In this document: positions 17,977 through 27,588 of the stretch, piece after piece
How the letters are laid out: the number at the start of each line of letters is the position of its first letter
Numbering within the stretch: position 1 is the first letter of the stretch
Virus record (IMG/VR): IMGVR_UViG_643348547_000013
Origin: a virus
Taxonomy: Duplodnaviria > Heunggongvirae > Uroviricota > Caudoviricetes
Reading direction: 5' to 3' (one strand)
DNA: 46,955 bases
Made by a program: the position numbers and the translations under genes
Notes under the pieces: model-generated
Told to the model about the DNA's origin: nothing
Database searches by the model: none
The model's input: the letters and a program-made list of their open reading frames with translations, nothing else

Positions 17977-18495
17977 ATGAGTGTGCCGCAAACAAAAGCT
18001 GAACTGCTTTTAGCTATTGATAAAAATTTTAGTAAATTAATTAGTTACCTCAACACAATCCCACCAGAAATTACTTCAGATAAATCAATGGACGGACACG
18101 CCAAAGGAACGGAGATGAGTGTTCGTGATCTCGTTTCGTATCTGCTTGGATGGAATGCTCTTGTTGTAAAGTGGATCGCTTCTGATGCTAAAGGTCTGCC
18201 TGTCGATTTTCCGGAAACTGGCTATAAATGGAATCAGCTTGGCCTTCTTGCTCAAAAATTTTACTCAGATTACAGTGAGTTAAGTTATGAGTTGTTAGTA
18301 GCTGAACTTCAGACTGTAAAAAATGAGATTGTGAACCTTATTAATGATCGTACCGATGATATTTTGTATGGAAGACCATGGTACACAAAATGGACGATGG
18401 GGAGAATGATCTCATTTAACACATCTTCGCCTTACGCCAACGCTAATGGAAGATTAAGAAAGTGGGCAAAAAATAATAATATCAGTTTAAAGTAA
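17977..18495 (+). CDS. passenger gene inside the ISL3 element; tentatively ClbS/DUF1706-like four-helix-bundle protein
   Basis: 172-aa AT-rich ORF inside the IS boundaries, upstream of the transposase; family assignment is from memory only. Confidence 0.45.
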   Translation: MSVPQTKAELLLAIDKNFSKLISYLNTIPPEITSDKSMDGHAKGTEMSVRDLVSYLLGWNALVVKWIASDAKGLPVDFPETGYKWNQLGLLAQKFYSDYSELSYELLVAELQTVKNEIVNLINDRTDDILYGRPWYTKWTMGRMISFNTSSPYANANGRLRKWAKNNNISLK

Positions 18496-18513
18496 GCTTC
18501 AGAATGAAATTAT

Positions 18514-19734
18514 ATGGACGAAAAATCCCTCTATGCCCATATCCTTAACCTGACTGCACCATGGCAGGTTAAATCCCTTACCCTCGATGAAAATGCAGGT
18601 TCCGTTACTGTTACAGTCGGAATTGCTGAAAATACTCAGTTAACCTGTCCGACCTGCAGGAAATCCTGTTCTGTTCACGATCACCGACATCGTAAATGGC
18701 GCCACCTTGATACCTGCCAGTTCATGACATTAGTAGAAGCCGATGTTCCCCGCGTTATGTGCCCGGAGCATGGCTGCCAGACTCTGCCTGTACCGTGGGC
18801 AGGTTCCGGCAGTCGGTACACTCTGCTGTTCGAATCGTTCGTGCTCTCATGGCTTAAAATCAGCACCGTTGATGCGGTCAGAAAACAACTTAAACTTAGC
18901 TGGAATGCCGTTGACGGCATCATGACCCGCGCGGTTAAGCGAGGCCTGTCGCGGATTAAAAAGCCTTTATCAGTGCGTCATATGAATGTAGACGAAGTCG
19001 CCTTTAAAAAAGGGCATAGGTATATAACCGTGGTATCTGATCGCGACGGGCGGGCACTGGCATTAACCGATGATCGTGGCACAGAGAGTCTTGCCAGCTA
19101 TCTCCGTTCGCTTACTGACAGTCAGTTGTTGGCCATCAAAACACTGTCGATGGACATGAATGCGGGCTATATAAGAGCAGCGCGTATCCATTTACCCAAT
19201 GCGGTCGAGAAAATCGCCTTCGATCGCTTCCATGTGGCGAAGCAACTGGGCGAAGTGGTTGATAAAACCCGCCAGAATGAACATCCGCACCTCCCTGTTG
19301 AAAGTCGTCGTCAGGCCAAAGGTACCCGCTTCCTGTGGCAGTACAGCGACAAATGGATGACTGAGTCCCGGCAGGAAAAGCTGATGTGGTTGCGGGAACA
19401 GATGCAACAGACAAGCCAGTGCTGGACACTGAAAGAGCTGGCAAAAAATATCTGGGATCGCCCCTGGAGCACAGAACGCAGGAATGACTGGTTGCAGTGG
19501 ATATCGCTGGCGTCTGAATGTGATGTGCCGATGATGAAAAACGCAGCGAAAACCATTAAAAAACGGTTATACGGAATACTGAATGCAATGCGTCATCGCG
19601 TCTCGAATGGAAATGCGGAGGCGCTGAACAGCAAGATCAGACTGCTGAGGATAAAGGCCAGGGGATACCGAAACCGGGAACGCTTTAAACTGGGAGTTAT
19701 GTTCCACTATGGGAAACTGAATATGGCGTACTGA
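18514..19734 (+). CDS. ISL3-family transposase
   Basis: 406-aa single-ORF transposase with N-terminal zinc-finger-like CxxC...H region typical of ISL3. Confidence 0.85.
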   Translation: MDEKSLYAHILNLTAPWQVKSLTLDENAGSVTVTVGIAENTQLTCPTCRKSCSVHDHRHRKWRHLDTCQFMTLVEADVPRVMCPEHGCQTLPVPWAGSGSRYTLLFESFVLSWLKISTVDAVRKQLKLSWNAVDGIMTRAVKRGLSRIKKPLSVRHMNVDEVAFKKGHRYITVVSDRDGRALALTDDRGTESLASYLRSLTDSQLLAIKTLSMDMNAGYIRAARIHLPNAVEKIAFDRFHVAKQLGEVVDKTRQNEHPHLPVESRRQAKGTRFLWQYSDKWMTESRQEKLMWLREQMQQTSQCWTLKELAKNIWDRPWSTERRNDWLQWISLASECDVPMMKNAAKTIKKRLYGILNAMRHRVSNGNAEALNSKIRLLRIKARGYRNRERFKLGVMFHYGKLNMAY

Positions 19735-19745
19735 GTCTTCCCACC

Positions 19746-20801
19746 ATGATCGGGGAAGACCCAAAAATAAACAGTGTTGATTTAATCAACGCTGATTGCC
19801 TGCATTTTATTCAGTCCCTGCCTGATGATTCCATTGACCTGATTGTTACCGATCCGCCTTACTTCAAGGTGAAACCCAACGGTTGGGACAATCAGTGGAA
19901 AGGGGATGAAGATTACCTTAAGTGGCTGGACCACTGTCTGGCCCAGTTCTGGCGGGTGTTAAAACCTGCCGGAAGCCTTTACCTGTTCTGTGGGCATCGC
20001 CTGGCATCTGATATTGAGATCATGATGCGTGAACGTTTCAACGTGCTTAACCATATCATCTGGGCGAAGCCGTCCGGACGTTGGAATGGGTGTAATAAAG
20101 AAAGTCTGCGCGCATATTTTCCTGCCACAGAGCGCGTTCTGTTTGCTGAACATTACCAGGGGCCATATCGCGGCAAAAGTGACGGCTATGCGGCAAAAGA
20201 AAGGGCACTCAAACAGCACATAATGGCACCGCTGATATCGTATTTCAGGGATGCTCGTGCCGAACTGGGTATAACGGCAAAACAAATTGCCGAAGCCACA
20301 GGTAAGAAAAATATGGTTTCCCACTGGTTTGGTGCCAGTCAGTGGCAGTTGCCGAATGAGGCTGACTATCGGAAGTTACAGGCACTGTTTTCCCGTATAG
20401 CGGCAGAGAAGTTTCAGGAACAACAACTGGAACAACCACACCACCAGCTGGTGGCATCTTATGATTCACTGAATCGCAAATATTCTGAATTGCTGGATGA
20501 GTTTAAATCTCTCCGGCGCTATTTCTCCGTATCAGTCTCCGTGCCTTATACCGATGTCTGGATGCATAAACCCGTTCAGTTCTACCCGGGTAAACATCCG
20601 TGTGAGAAACCGGCGGATATGCTCAGGCAAATAATCAATGCCAGTAGTCGACCTGGTGATCTGGTTGCTGATTTTTTTATGGGATCCGGTTCCACAATAA
20701 AAGCAGCAATGGCGCTGGGGCGTCTGGCCTTAGGTGTTGAGCTTGAGTCAGAGCGGTTTAACCAGACAGTGAAAGAGATAAACGAGCTGGTGGGGAAATA
20801 A
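19746..20801 (+). CDS. DNA methyltransferase (beta-class N6/N4 type) with IS-derived hybrid N-terminus
   Basis: DPPY motif (TDPPYF) near N-terminus and FxGxG AdoMet motif (FFMGSGST) near C-terminus; first six codons lie in the ISL3 right end; original start ATG at 17856. Confidence 0.8.
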   Translation: MIGEDPKINSVDLINADCLHFIQSLPDDSIDLIVTDPPYFKVKPNGWDNQWKGDEDYLKWLDHCLAQFWRVLKPAGSLYLFCGHRLASDIEIMMRERFNVLNHIIWAKPSGRWNGCNKESLRAYFPATERVLFAEHYQGPYRGKSDGYAAKERALKQHIMAPLISYFRDARAELGITAKQIAEATGKKNMVSHWFGASQWQLPNEADYRKLQALFSRIAAEKFQEQQLEQPHHQLVASYDSLNRKYSELLDEFKSLRRYFSVSVSVPYTDVWMHKPVQFYPGKHPCEKPADMLRQIINASSRPGDLVADFFMGSGSTIKAAMALGRLALGVELESERFNQTVKEINELVGK

Positions 20802-20867
20802 TCTGGTGGCCACGCAGGTGGCCTTTTTATTTCCATTACACAGCACCCGCATCTGCGAGGTGGGGTT

Positions 20868-21083
20868 ATGAAATCCATGGATAAGTTAACAACGGGTGTC
20901 GCCTATGGCACCTCAGCAGGTAGTGCCGGTTACTGGTTTTTACAGCTGCTCGATAAAGTCACGCCCTCACAGTGGGCAGCAATAGGTGTGCTGGGTAGCC
21001 TGGTATTTGGCCTGCTGACGTACCTGACAAACCTTTATTTCAAGATTAAAGAAGATAAGCGCAAGGCTGCGAGAGGTGAATAA
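20868..21083 (+). CDS. class II holin (phage 21 S-type pinholin)
   Basis: 71-aa product with two TM segments, resembling S21. Confidence 0.85.
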
Positions 21084-21580
21084 TGCCTCCATCATTACGA
21101 AAAGCAGTTGCTGCTGCTATTGGTGGCGGAGCAATTGCTATAGCATCAGTGTTAATCACTGGCCCAAGTGGTGACGATGGCCTGGAAGGTGTCAGCTACA
21201 TACCATACAAAGATATCGTTGGCGTATGGACTGTATGTCACGGACACACCGGAAAAGACATCATGCTCGGTAAAACGTATACCGAAGCAGAATGCAAAGC
21301 CCTCCTGAATAAAGACCTTGCCACGGTCGCCAGACAAATTAACCCGTACATCAAAGTCGATATACCGGAAACAACGCGCGGCGCTCTTTACTCGTTCGTC
21401 TACAACGTGGGTGCTGGCAATTTCAGAACATCGACGCTTCTTCGCAAAATAAACCAGGGCGATATCAAAGGCGCATGTGACCAGCTACGTCGCTGGACAT
21501 ACGCTGGCGGTAAGCAATGGAAAGGCCTGATGACTCGTCGTGAGATTGAGCGTGAAGTCTGTTTGTGGGGGCAACAATGA
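21083..21580 (+). CDS. SAR endolysin (lysozyme, phage 21 R-type)
   Basis: N-terminal signal-anchor-release region followed by lysozyme domain. Confidence 0.85.
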   Translation: MPPSLRKAVAAAIGGGAIAIASVLITGPSGDDGLEGVSYIPYKDIVGVWTVCHGHTGKDIMLGKTYTEAECKALLNKDLATVARQINPYIKVDIPETTRGALYSFVYNVGAGNFRTSTLLRKINQGDIKGACDQLRRWTYAGGKQWKGLMTRREIEREVCLWGQQ

Positions 21581-22044
21581 GCAGAGTAACCGCGATTATC
21601 TCCGCTCTGGTTATCTGCATCATCGTCTGCCTGTCGTGGGCGGTCAATCATTACCGTGATAACGCCATCGCCTACAAAGAACAGCGAGATAAAAAAGTCA
21701 GTGAGCTGAAGCAGGCGACCGCCACCATTACTGACATGCAGCAGCGCCAGCGTTCTGCTGATGCACTCGATGCTAAATACACGAAGGAGTTAGCTGATGC
21801 GAAAGCTGAAAATGATGCTCTTCGGCGCAAGCTTGATAATGGTGGTCGGGTGTTCGTCAAAGGAAAATGCCCTGTGCCATCCTCAGCCGAAACCTCCAGC
21901 GCCTCCGGCATGGGCAATGATGCCACCGTCGAACTCTCTCCAGTTGCTGGACGAAACGTTCTCGGTATCCGGGACGGAATTATCCGCGACCAAACAGCAC
22001 TGAGAACGCTTCAGGAATACATCAGGACGCAATGCCTTCGATGA
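21577..22044 (+). CDS. Rz i-spanin
   Basis: N-terminal TM then coiled-coil; ATGA overlap with endolysin stop. Confidence 0.7.
   Translation: MSRVTAIISALVICIIVCLSWAVNHYRDNAIAYKEQRDKKVSELKQATATITDMQQRQRSADALDAKYTKELADAKAENDALRRKLDNGGRVFVKGKCPVPSSAETSSASGMGNDATVELSPVAGRNVLGIRDGIIRDQTALRTLQEYIRTQCLR
21797..22003 (+). CDS. Rz1 o-spanin lipoprotein, embedded in Rz in the +1 frame
   Basis: Lipobox (VVGC) and proline-rich segment, entirely inside Rz. Confidence 0.6.
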   Translation: MRKLKMMLFGASLIMVVGCSSKENALCHPQPKPPAPPAWAMMPPSNSLQLLDETFSVSGTELSATKQH

Positions 22045-22218
22045 TAGCGATAATTTTACTCATCATCCTTCACATCTGGCTCTGTAGACAGGATGGTGAT
22101 CACTTCTGGAGTGAATCCAGATTAAACATCTCATTGCTGATGCTTGATATTGAGCATCTTGCGCGCGGTAAGGGGCTGCGTTGAGATAAGAGCCAGTCAT
22201 TACAAATACCAGGATTTA

Positions 22219-22242
22219 GCCTCGCATTCGCGGGGCTTTTTA
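22219..22242 (+). terminator. candidate rho-independent terminator after the lysis cassette
   Basis: GCCTCGC-ATTC-GCGGGGC hairpin (one G-U pair) followed by T-run. Confidence 0.35.
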
Positions 22243-22597
22243 TTGCCATTACAAAAGCCACTCCCTACAGAGTGGCTTTGATAATGGCTTATACCCTGCA
22301 CGGGATAACTTAACTGATATCCCTTTTAACGGATAAACGGAGCCAACAATGGCAGAGAATGTCGGCATTATGGCAGTGAAATTTGGATTAATCGGGGATT
22401 AGAAAGATAGAGGCGAGCCGGTCAGGTAGAAATGAATCAGGCTCAAAGTGAAGCGGAAAAGGTCTGTGGCACAAACTGATGCTGCCATAATTACAGCCTG
22501 ATGACTTGTGGAATGAAACATGTTGAACCTCCTTAATTGATGTTATTCGAGTGAGGAAGGCATTCTGTCCTCCTATACTGTCCAGTAAATCAAACAG

Positions 22598-22627
22598 GAG
22601 GCTTGTCTCACGTGTGAGACAAGCCTC
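22598..22627. repeat. perfect 14-bp inverted repeat with 2-bp spacer
   Basis: GAGGCTTGTCTCAC-GT-GTGAGACAAGCCTC. Confidence 0.6.
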
Positions 22628-23075
22628 TCCATTAGCGAGTTGTATTGATCACAACTCTTCAAAGAATTCATTACTGGGTAGATGAAAATAGTTTCACGAT
22701 GAATGGAGGAGGCTATGTTGGTGGCTTCTTCATTGGAGTACATATGCCCCCACGACCCCCAAAAACCTGCCGTGTTCGCGGCTACCGCAATACCACCACA
22801 GATCCGTCAGGCTATTGCAAAAGCCACAAAAGCGAAGGCTGGAAGCAATACAAGCCGGGCCAGTCCTGTCATCAGCGCGGTTATGGTTCGCGGGGTTGTC
22901 CCTCATGCTCGCCAGTCCTGTGCGGGGGTGGAAGAAACAGGACACTCACACAGATTCTTGTGGGTCGATGCTATTCCTTTCTGGATTATCCCGATGCCAT
23001 TCATGCAAGGGCTGTATCAGACGTTCGTTATGGCTGTCAGGCTGACGGGTCCTCCCGGTGGGGTGGCCTGCCACG

Positions 23076-23087
23076 GGGCGGGAGCGT
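23076..23087. other. candidate cosN cohesive-end site
   Basis: GGGCGGGAGCGT followed by CGCGG resembles lambda's GGGCGGCGACCTCGCGG; about 175 bp upstream of the small terminase, as in lambda. Confidence 0.5.
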
Positions 23088-23261
23088 CGCGGAAAAAGGC
23101 TAGTTTTTGAAATTTCATTCGTCATCACCACTGCTGTAATTGATTGATATTACAGTAGTTTTATTTTTGCAGTGTCGATTTTGATTGTTTTTTGTTCATC
23201 ACTAACACCGTTTGCCTAAAGTTGTTCGCAAGATGCATGTTTAAAACATTCTGGAGCGGGT

Positions 23262-23756
23262 ATGGATCGAGAGTTAAAAAATCTGACGCTGAATATCAGT
23301 CAACTGGCGGCACTGTCAGGTGTACATCGCCAGACTGCTGCGGCAAGGCTGCAAAATCTACCCGTTGCAGGGGGGCATGAAAGCAACCTCAAGCTTTATC
23401 GGGTGGTTGATATTGTGTCGGCATTTCTGGCATTGCCACCGCCGGTTGCAGAAGGCGAAATGGACGCGCATGAGCGCAAAGCCTGGTATCAGTCTGAACG
23501 TGAGCGTCTTAAGTTCGAACAGGAAACGGCACAACTCATTCCGGCCAGTGATGTCAGACGGGAGTTTGCCATCTGGGCAAAAGCGGTCGTGCAGGTGCTG
23601 GAGACATTACCGGATATTCTGGAACGTGACTGCGGTCTGCAGCCTGCCGCTGTGAGCCGTGTTCAGTCCATTATTGATGATCTGCGCGATCAGATAGCCC
23701 TGCGGGTGACTGAAGCAGGTGCGGATGATGAGGAGGAATTACAGCAGGAGGAGTAA
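23262..23756 (+). CDS. terminase small subunit (Nu1-like)
   Basis: N-terminal HTH, acidic C-terminus, immediately upstream of large terminase. Confidence 0.8.
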   Translation: MDRELKNLTLNISQLAALSGVHRQTAAARLQNLPVAGGHESNLKLYRVVDIVSAFLALPPPVAEGEMDAHERKAWYQSERERLKFEQETAQLIPASDVRREFAIWAKAVVQVLETLPDILERDCGLQPAAVSRVQSIIDDLRDQIALRVTEAGADDEEELQQEE

Positions 23757-25858
23757 TGCTGAATCAGGAAACCGCAAAGGCAGCACGAACCGATTCAGGT
23801 TATATCCTTCGCGCACCGAGACGAATGCGGGTTGCTGATGCCGTTGCTCAGTATATGCGGGTGCCCATGGGGGCAGGGAACTCAGTCCCGTGGGATCCGC
23901 TGGTGGCACCGTATGTTATTGAGCCGATGAACTGCCTGGCCTCGCGTGAATACGACGCAGTGATATTTGTTGGCCCGGCACGAACCGGCAAGACTATCGG
24001 CCTGATTGACGGCTGGGTGATTTACAACGTGATTTGCGATCCTGCTGATATGCTGATCATTCAGATGACGGAGGAAAAAGCCCGCGAACACTCCAAAAAA
24101 CGACTCGCCAGAACGTTTCGCGTCAGCCCGGAAGTGGTCAGTCGCCTGAGTCCGAACAAAAATGACAACAACGTTTATGACAGAACATTCCTTGCTGGTA
24201 ACTACCTGAAAATCGGCTGGCCGTCAGTCAATATCATGTCCTCATCAGATTATAAATGCGTCGCGCTGACGGATTATGACCGTTTTCCGGAAGATATTGA
24301 TGGCGAGGGGGATGCTTTCTCTCTTGCCTCAAAACGTACCACCACATTTATGTCCAGCGGTATGACGCTGGTGGAGAGTTCCCCCGGCAGGGATGTGAAG
24401 GATGTGAAATGGCGACGGACTTCACCGCATGAGGCTCCACCAACCACGGGGATCCTGTCGCTCTATAACCGTGGTGATCGCCGTCGCTGGTACTGGCCCT
24501 GTCCACACTGTGGTGAGTATTTTCAGCCCTGCGGCGATGTGGTTGCTGGTTTCCGTGATATTGCCGATCCCGTGCTGGCAAGTGAGGCGGCTTATATTCA
24601 GTGCCCTTCCTGTTCAGGACGGATTATGCCTGAACAAAAACGTGAGCTGAACGGACGTGGGGTCTGGTTGCGGGATGGTGAATCCATCAATGCGGATGGC
24701 AGTCGTTATGGTGATCCCCGACGCTCACGTATTGCGTCATTCTGGATGGAGGGTCCGGCAGCTGCTTACCAGACACTCTCGCAACTCGTTTACAAACTGC
24801 TTACTGCAGAACAGGAATACGAGACAACCGGAAGTGAAGAAACACTCAAGACGGTTATCAATACCGACTGGGGATTACCTTATCTTCCCCGCGCCAGCAT
24901 GGAGCAACGAAAAAGTGAACTGCTTGAGCAGCGGGCAGAGCCAGTTCCTTCCCGCAGTGTGCCGGATGGCGTTAATTTCCTTGTGGCGACAGTGGATGTG
25001 CAGGCGGGACGTCATCGCCGTTTTGTGGTTCAGGTAACGGGCTATGGCAGCCGTGGCGAACGCTGGATTATTGATCGTTACAACATCACGCAGTCATTGC
25101 GCGGTGACAGCGACGGGGAGAGCCAGCGAATTGATCCGGCCAGCTATCCGGAAGACTGGGATGTCCTGCTGACGGATGTTTTTCATAAAAGCTGGCCGCT
25201 GGCCTCCGATCCTTCTCAACAAATGCGACTGATGGCAATGGCGGTGGACTCCGGCGGTGAAGACGGGGTCACTGATAATGCCTATAAATTCTGGCGTCGT
25301 TGCCGTCGTGATGGCCTTGGTAAACGTATTTACCTGTTTAAGGGCGACAGCATCCGGCGCGCAAAACTGATCACTCGTACATTCCCTGATAACACCGGAC
25401 GAACGGGCCGACGGGCGCAGGCCGCAGGTGATGTGCCGCTCTGGCTTCTTCAGACGGATGCACTGAAAGACCGGGTGAATAACGCGTTATGGCGTGACTC
25501 GCCAGGTCCCGGCTATGTGCATTTCCCTGACTGGCTGGGGAGCTGGTTTTACGACGAACTGACGTATGAAGAGCGGAGCAGTGACGGGAAATGGAGTAAG
25601 CCTGGTCGCGGTGCCAACGAAGCTTTTGACCTGATGGTGTATGCCGAGGCTCTGGTCATTCTGCATGGATACGAAAAGATCCGCTGGCCGGATGCACCGG
25701 AGTGGGCGAGCCGGGAAACCTGGCTGGAGTGTGTCCAGGACAGTACCGAACCGTCATCCTCACCGGAACCGGTATCCACGCCTGTTAAAAAACAAAAACG
25801 GAAGAAAACAGTAACTGACGATGTTAACCCCTGGCTGACTTCCGGAGGATGGTTATGA
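23756..25858 (+). CDS. terminase large subunit (GpA family)
   Basis: 700-aa ORF with Walker A-like GPARTGKT and CPHCGE zinc motif. Confidence 0.9.
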   Translation: MLNQETAKAARTDSGYILRAPRRMRVADAVAQYMRVPMGAGNSVPWDPLVAPYVIEPMNCLASREYDAVIFVGPARTGKTIGLIDGWVIYNVICDPADMLIIQMTEEKAREHSKKRLARTFRVSPEVVSRLSPNKNDNNVYDRTFLAGNYLKIGWPSVNIMSSSDYKCVALTDYDRFPEDIDGEGDAFSLASKRTTTFMSSGMTLVESSPGRDVKDVKWRRTSPHEAPPTTGILSLYNRGDRRRWYWPCPHCGEYFQPCGDVVAGFRDIADPVLASEAAYIQCPSCSGRIMPEQKRELNGRGVWLRDGESINADGSRYGDPRRSRIASFWMEGPAAAYQTLSQLVYKLLTAEQEYETTGSEETLKTVINTDWGLPYLPRASMEQRKSELLEQRAEPVPSRSVPDGVNFLVATVDVQAGRHRRFVVQVTGYGSRGERWIIDRYNITQSLRGDSDGESQRIDPASYPEDWDVLLTDVFHKSWPLASDPSQQMRLMAMAVDSGGEDGVTDNAYKFWRRCRRDGLGKRIYLFKGDSIRRAKLITRTFPDNTGRTGRRAQAAGDVPLWLLQTDALKDRVNNALWRDSPGPGYVHFPDWLGSWFYDELTYEERSSDGKWSKPGRGANEAFDLMVYAEALVILHGYEKIRWPDAPEWASRETWLECVQDSTEPSSSPEPVSTPVKKQKRKKTVTDDVNPWLTSGGWL

Positions 25859-26067
25859 ACCAGAATGATATCGAAGCCATGATTCAGCGTTATATGGAAG
25901 CTGAAATGGCGGTGCTGGACGGAAAATCCGTCACCTTTAATGGTCAGCAGATGACCATGGAAAACTTATCTGAGATCCGGCAGGGACGGCAGGAGTGGGA
26001 GCGCCGCCTTGCGGCTCTGATTACACGACGACGGGGGCATCCCGGGTACCGGCTGGCGAGGTTCTGA
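25849..26067 (+). CDS. head-tail joining protein (gpW-like)
   Basis: 72-aa ORF between terminase and portal. Confidence 0.55.
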   Translation: MVMNQNDIEAMIQRYMEAEMAVLDGKSVTFNGQQMTMENLSEIRQGRQEWERRLAALITRRRGHPGYRLARF

Positions 26068-27575
26068 TGGCAATTCTTGATGATGTGATTGGCGTTTTTT
26101 CACCTGGATGGAAAGCGGCAAGGCTGCGTTCCCGTGCGGTGATCCAGGCTTATGAAGCCGTAAAAACGACGCGGACACACAAAGCCCGACGGGAGAACCG
26201 AACTGCCGACCAGCTAAGCCAGTACGGGGCCGTGTCGTTACGTGAGCAGGCCCGTTACCTTGATAACAACCACGATCTGGTTATTGGTGTATTTGACAAG
26301 CTGGAAGAACGGGTGGTGGGGAAAAACGGGATTATTGTCGAGCCACATCCGGTATTACGCAATGGGGCCATTGCCCGTGATCTGGCAGCGGAGATTCGCA
26401 CCCGATGGAGTGAATGGTCTGTCAGCCCGGAAGTCACTGGGCAGTTTACCCGTCCGATGCTGGAACGTCTGATGCTGCGTACCTGGCTGCGCGATGGTGA
26501 GGTGTTTGCCCAGATGGTTTCCGGGCGCATAAACAGCCTGACGCCTTCTGCCGGTGTTCATTTCTGGCTGGAGGCGCTCGAGCCGGACTTTATTCCCATG
26601 ACCAGTGATGAGAGCAACAGGCTGAATCAGGGCGTGTTTGTTGATGACTGGGGGCGTCCCGAAAAATATCTGGTGTATAAAAGCCGTCCCGTATCCGGAC
26701 GGCAGATGGAAACCAAAGAAGTGGATGCAGAGCGAATGCTGCATCTTAAATTTGTTCGCCGTCTGCACCAGATGCGCGGGACGTCTTTGTTGTCCGGTGT
26801 GCTGATCCGCCTCAGTGCCCTGAAAGATTATGAAGATTATGAGCTGACTGCAGCAAGGATCGCCGCTGCTCTGGGGATGAACATCCGCAAAGGCGACGGG
26901 CAGAGCTATGAACCGGATGGTAATGGCAGCAAGGATAAGGAACGCGAGCTTACCATTCAGCCAGGCATTATTTACGATGATCTGAAACCCGGCGAAGAAA
27001 TCGGAATGGTGAAGTCGGATCGCCCCAATCCTAACCTTGAAACTTTTCGTAATGGTCAGTTGCGTGCCGTGGCGGCGGGCAGTCGTCTGAGTTTTTCCAG
27101 TACAGCGCGCAACTATAACGGCACTTACAGCGCCCAGCGTCAGGAGCTGGTTGAATCTACTGATGGCTACCTGATCCTGCAGGACTGGTTTATTGGTGCC
27201 GTCACCCGCCCGATGTATCGTGCATGGCTGAAACAGGCTGTGGCATCCGGTGTTATCAGGCTACCCCGCGATCTTGACCGTTCTTCACTGTATACCGCGG
27301 TGTATTCCGGACCAGTGATGCCGTGGATTGACCCTGTTAAGGAGGCTGAGGCCTGGAAAATCCAGATTCGTGGTGGAGCGGCGACAGAATCAGACTGGGT
27401 ACGTGCTGGTGGTCGTAATCCGGATGATGTCAAACGTCGGCGCAAGGCCGAAATTGATGAAAACCGCAAGCTGGATCTGGTATTTGATACCGATCCGGCC
27501 AGTGATAAAGGAGGCAGTAGTGCCGCAACGAAACGACAGGAGCCGCAGCACACCGACGACCAGTCCGAAGATTAA
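26067..27575 (+). CDS. portal protein
   Basis: Start at MAILDDVIG with GAGG RBS, ATG overlapping upstream stop; about 500 aa after terminase. Confidence 0.85.
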   Translation: MAILDDVIGVFSPGWKAARLRSRAVIQAYEAVKTTRTHKARRENRTADQLSQYGAVSLREQARYLDNNHDLVIGVFDKLEERVVGKNGIIVEPHPVLRNGAIARDLAAEIRTRWSEWSVSPEVTGQFTRPMLERLMLRTWLRDGEVFAQMVSGRINSLTPSAGVHFWLEALEPDFIPMTSDESNRLNQGVFVDDWGRPEKYLVYKSRPVSGRQMETKEVDAERMLHLKFVRRLHQMRGTSLLSGVLIRLSALKDYEDYELTAARIAAALGMNIRKGDGQSYEPDGNGSKDKERELTIQPGIIYDDLKPGEEIGMVKSDRPNPNLETFRNGQLRAVAAGSRLSFSSTARNYNGTYSAQRQELVESTDGYLILQDWFIGAVTRPMYRAWLKQAVASGVIRLPRDLDRSSLYTAVYSGPVMPWIDPVKEAEAWKIQIRGGAATESDWVRAGGRNPDDVKRRRKAEIDENRKLDLVFDTDPASDKGGSSAATKRQEPQHTDDQSED

Positions 27576-27588
27576 TTCCTGGTTCAGG

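Larger units (their letters stand above)
17878..19762 (+). mobile_element. ISL3-family insertion element carrying a passenger gene
   Basis: About 23-bp imperfect terminal inverted repeats (GGGTCTTCCCC...TGGTGGG) and 8-bp direct repeat AAAAATAA at 17870-17877 and 19763-19770. Confidence 0.75.

Noticed and set aside
22645-23131. Cluster of 60-150-aa ORFs on both strands between the lysis cassette and terminase
   Set aside because: Mutually overlapping in all frames, no RBSs, products rich in Arg/Gly/Pro as expected from GC-rich non-coding DNA; the region contains the candidate cos site.
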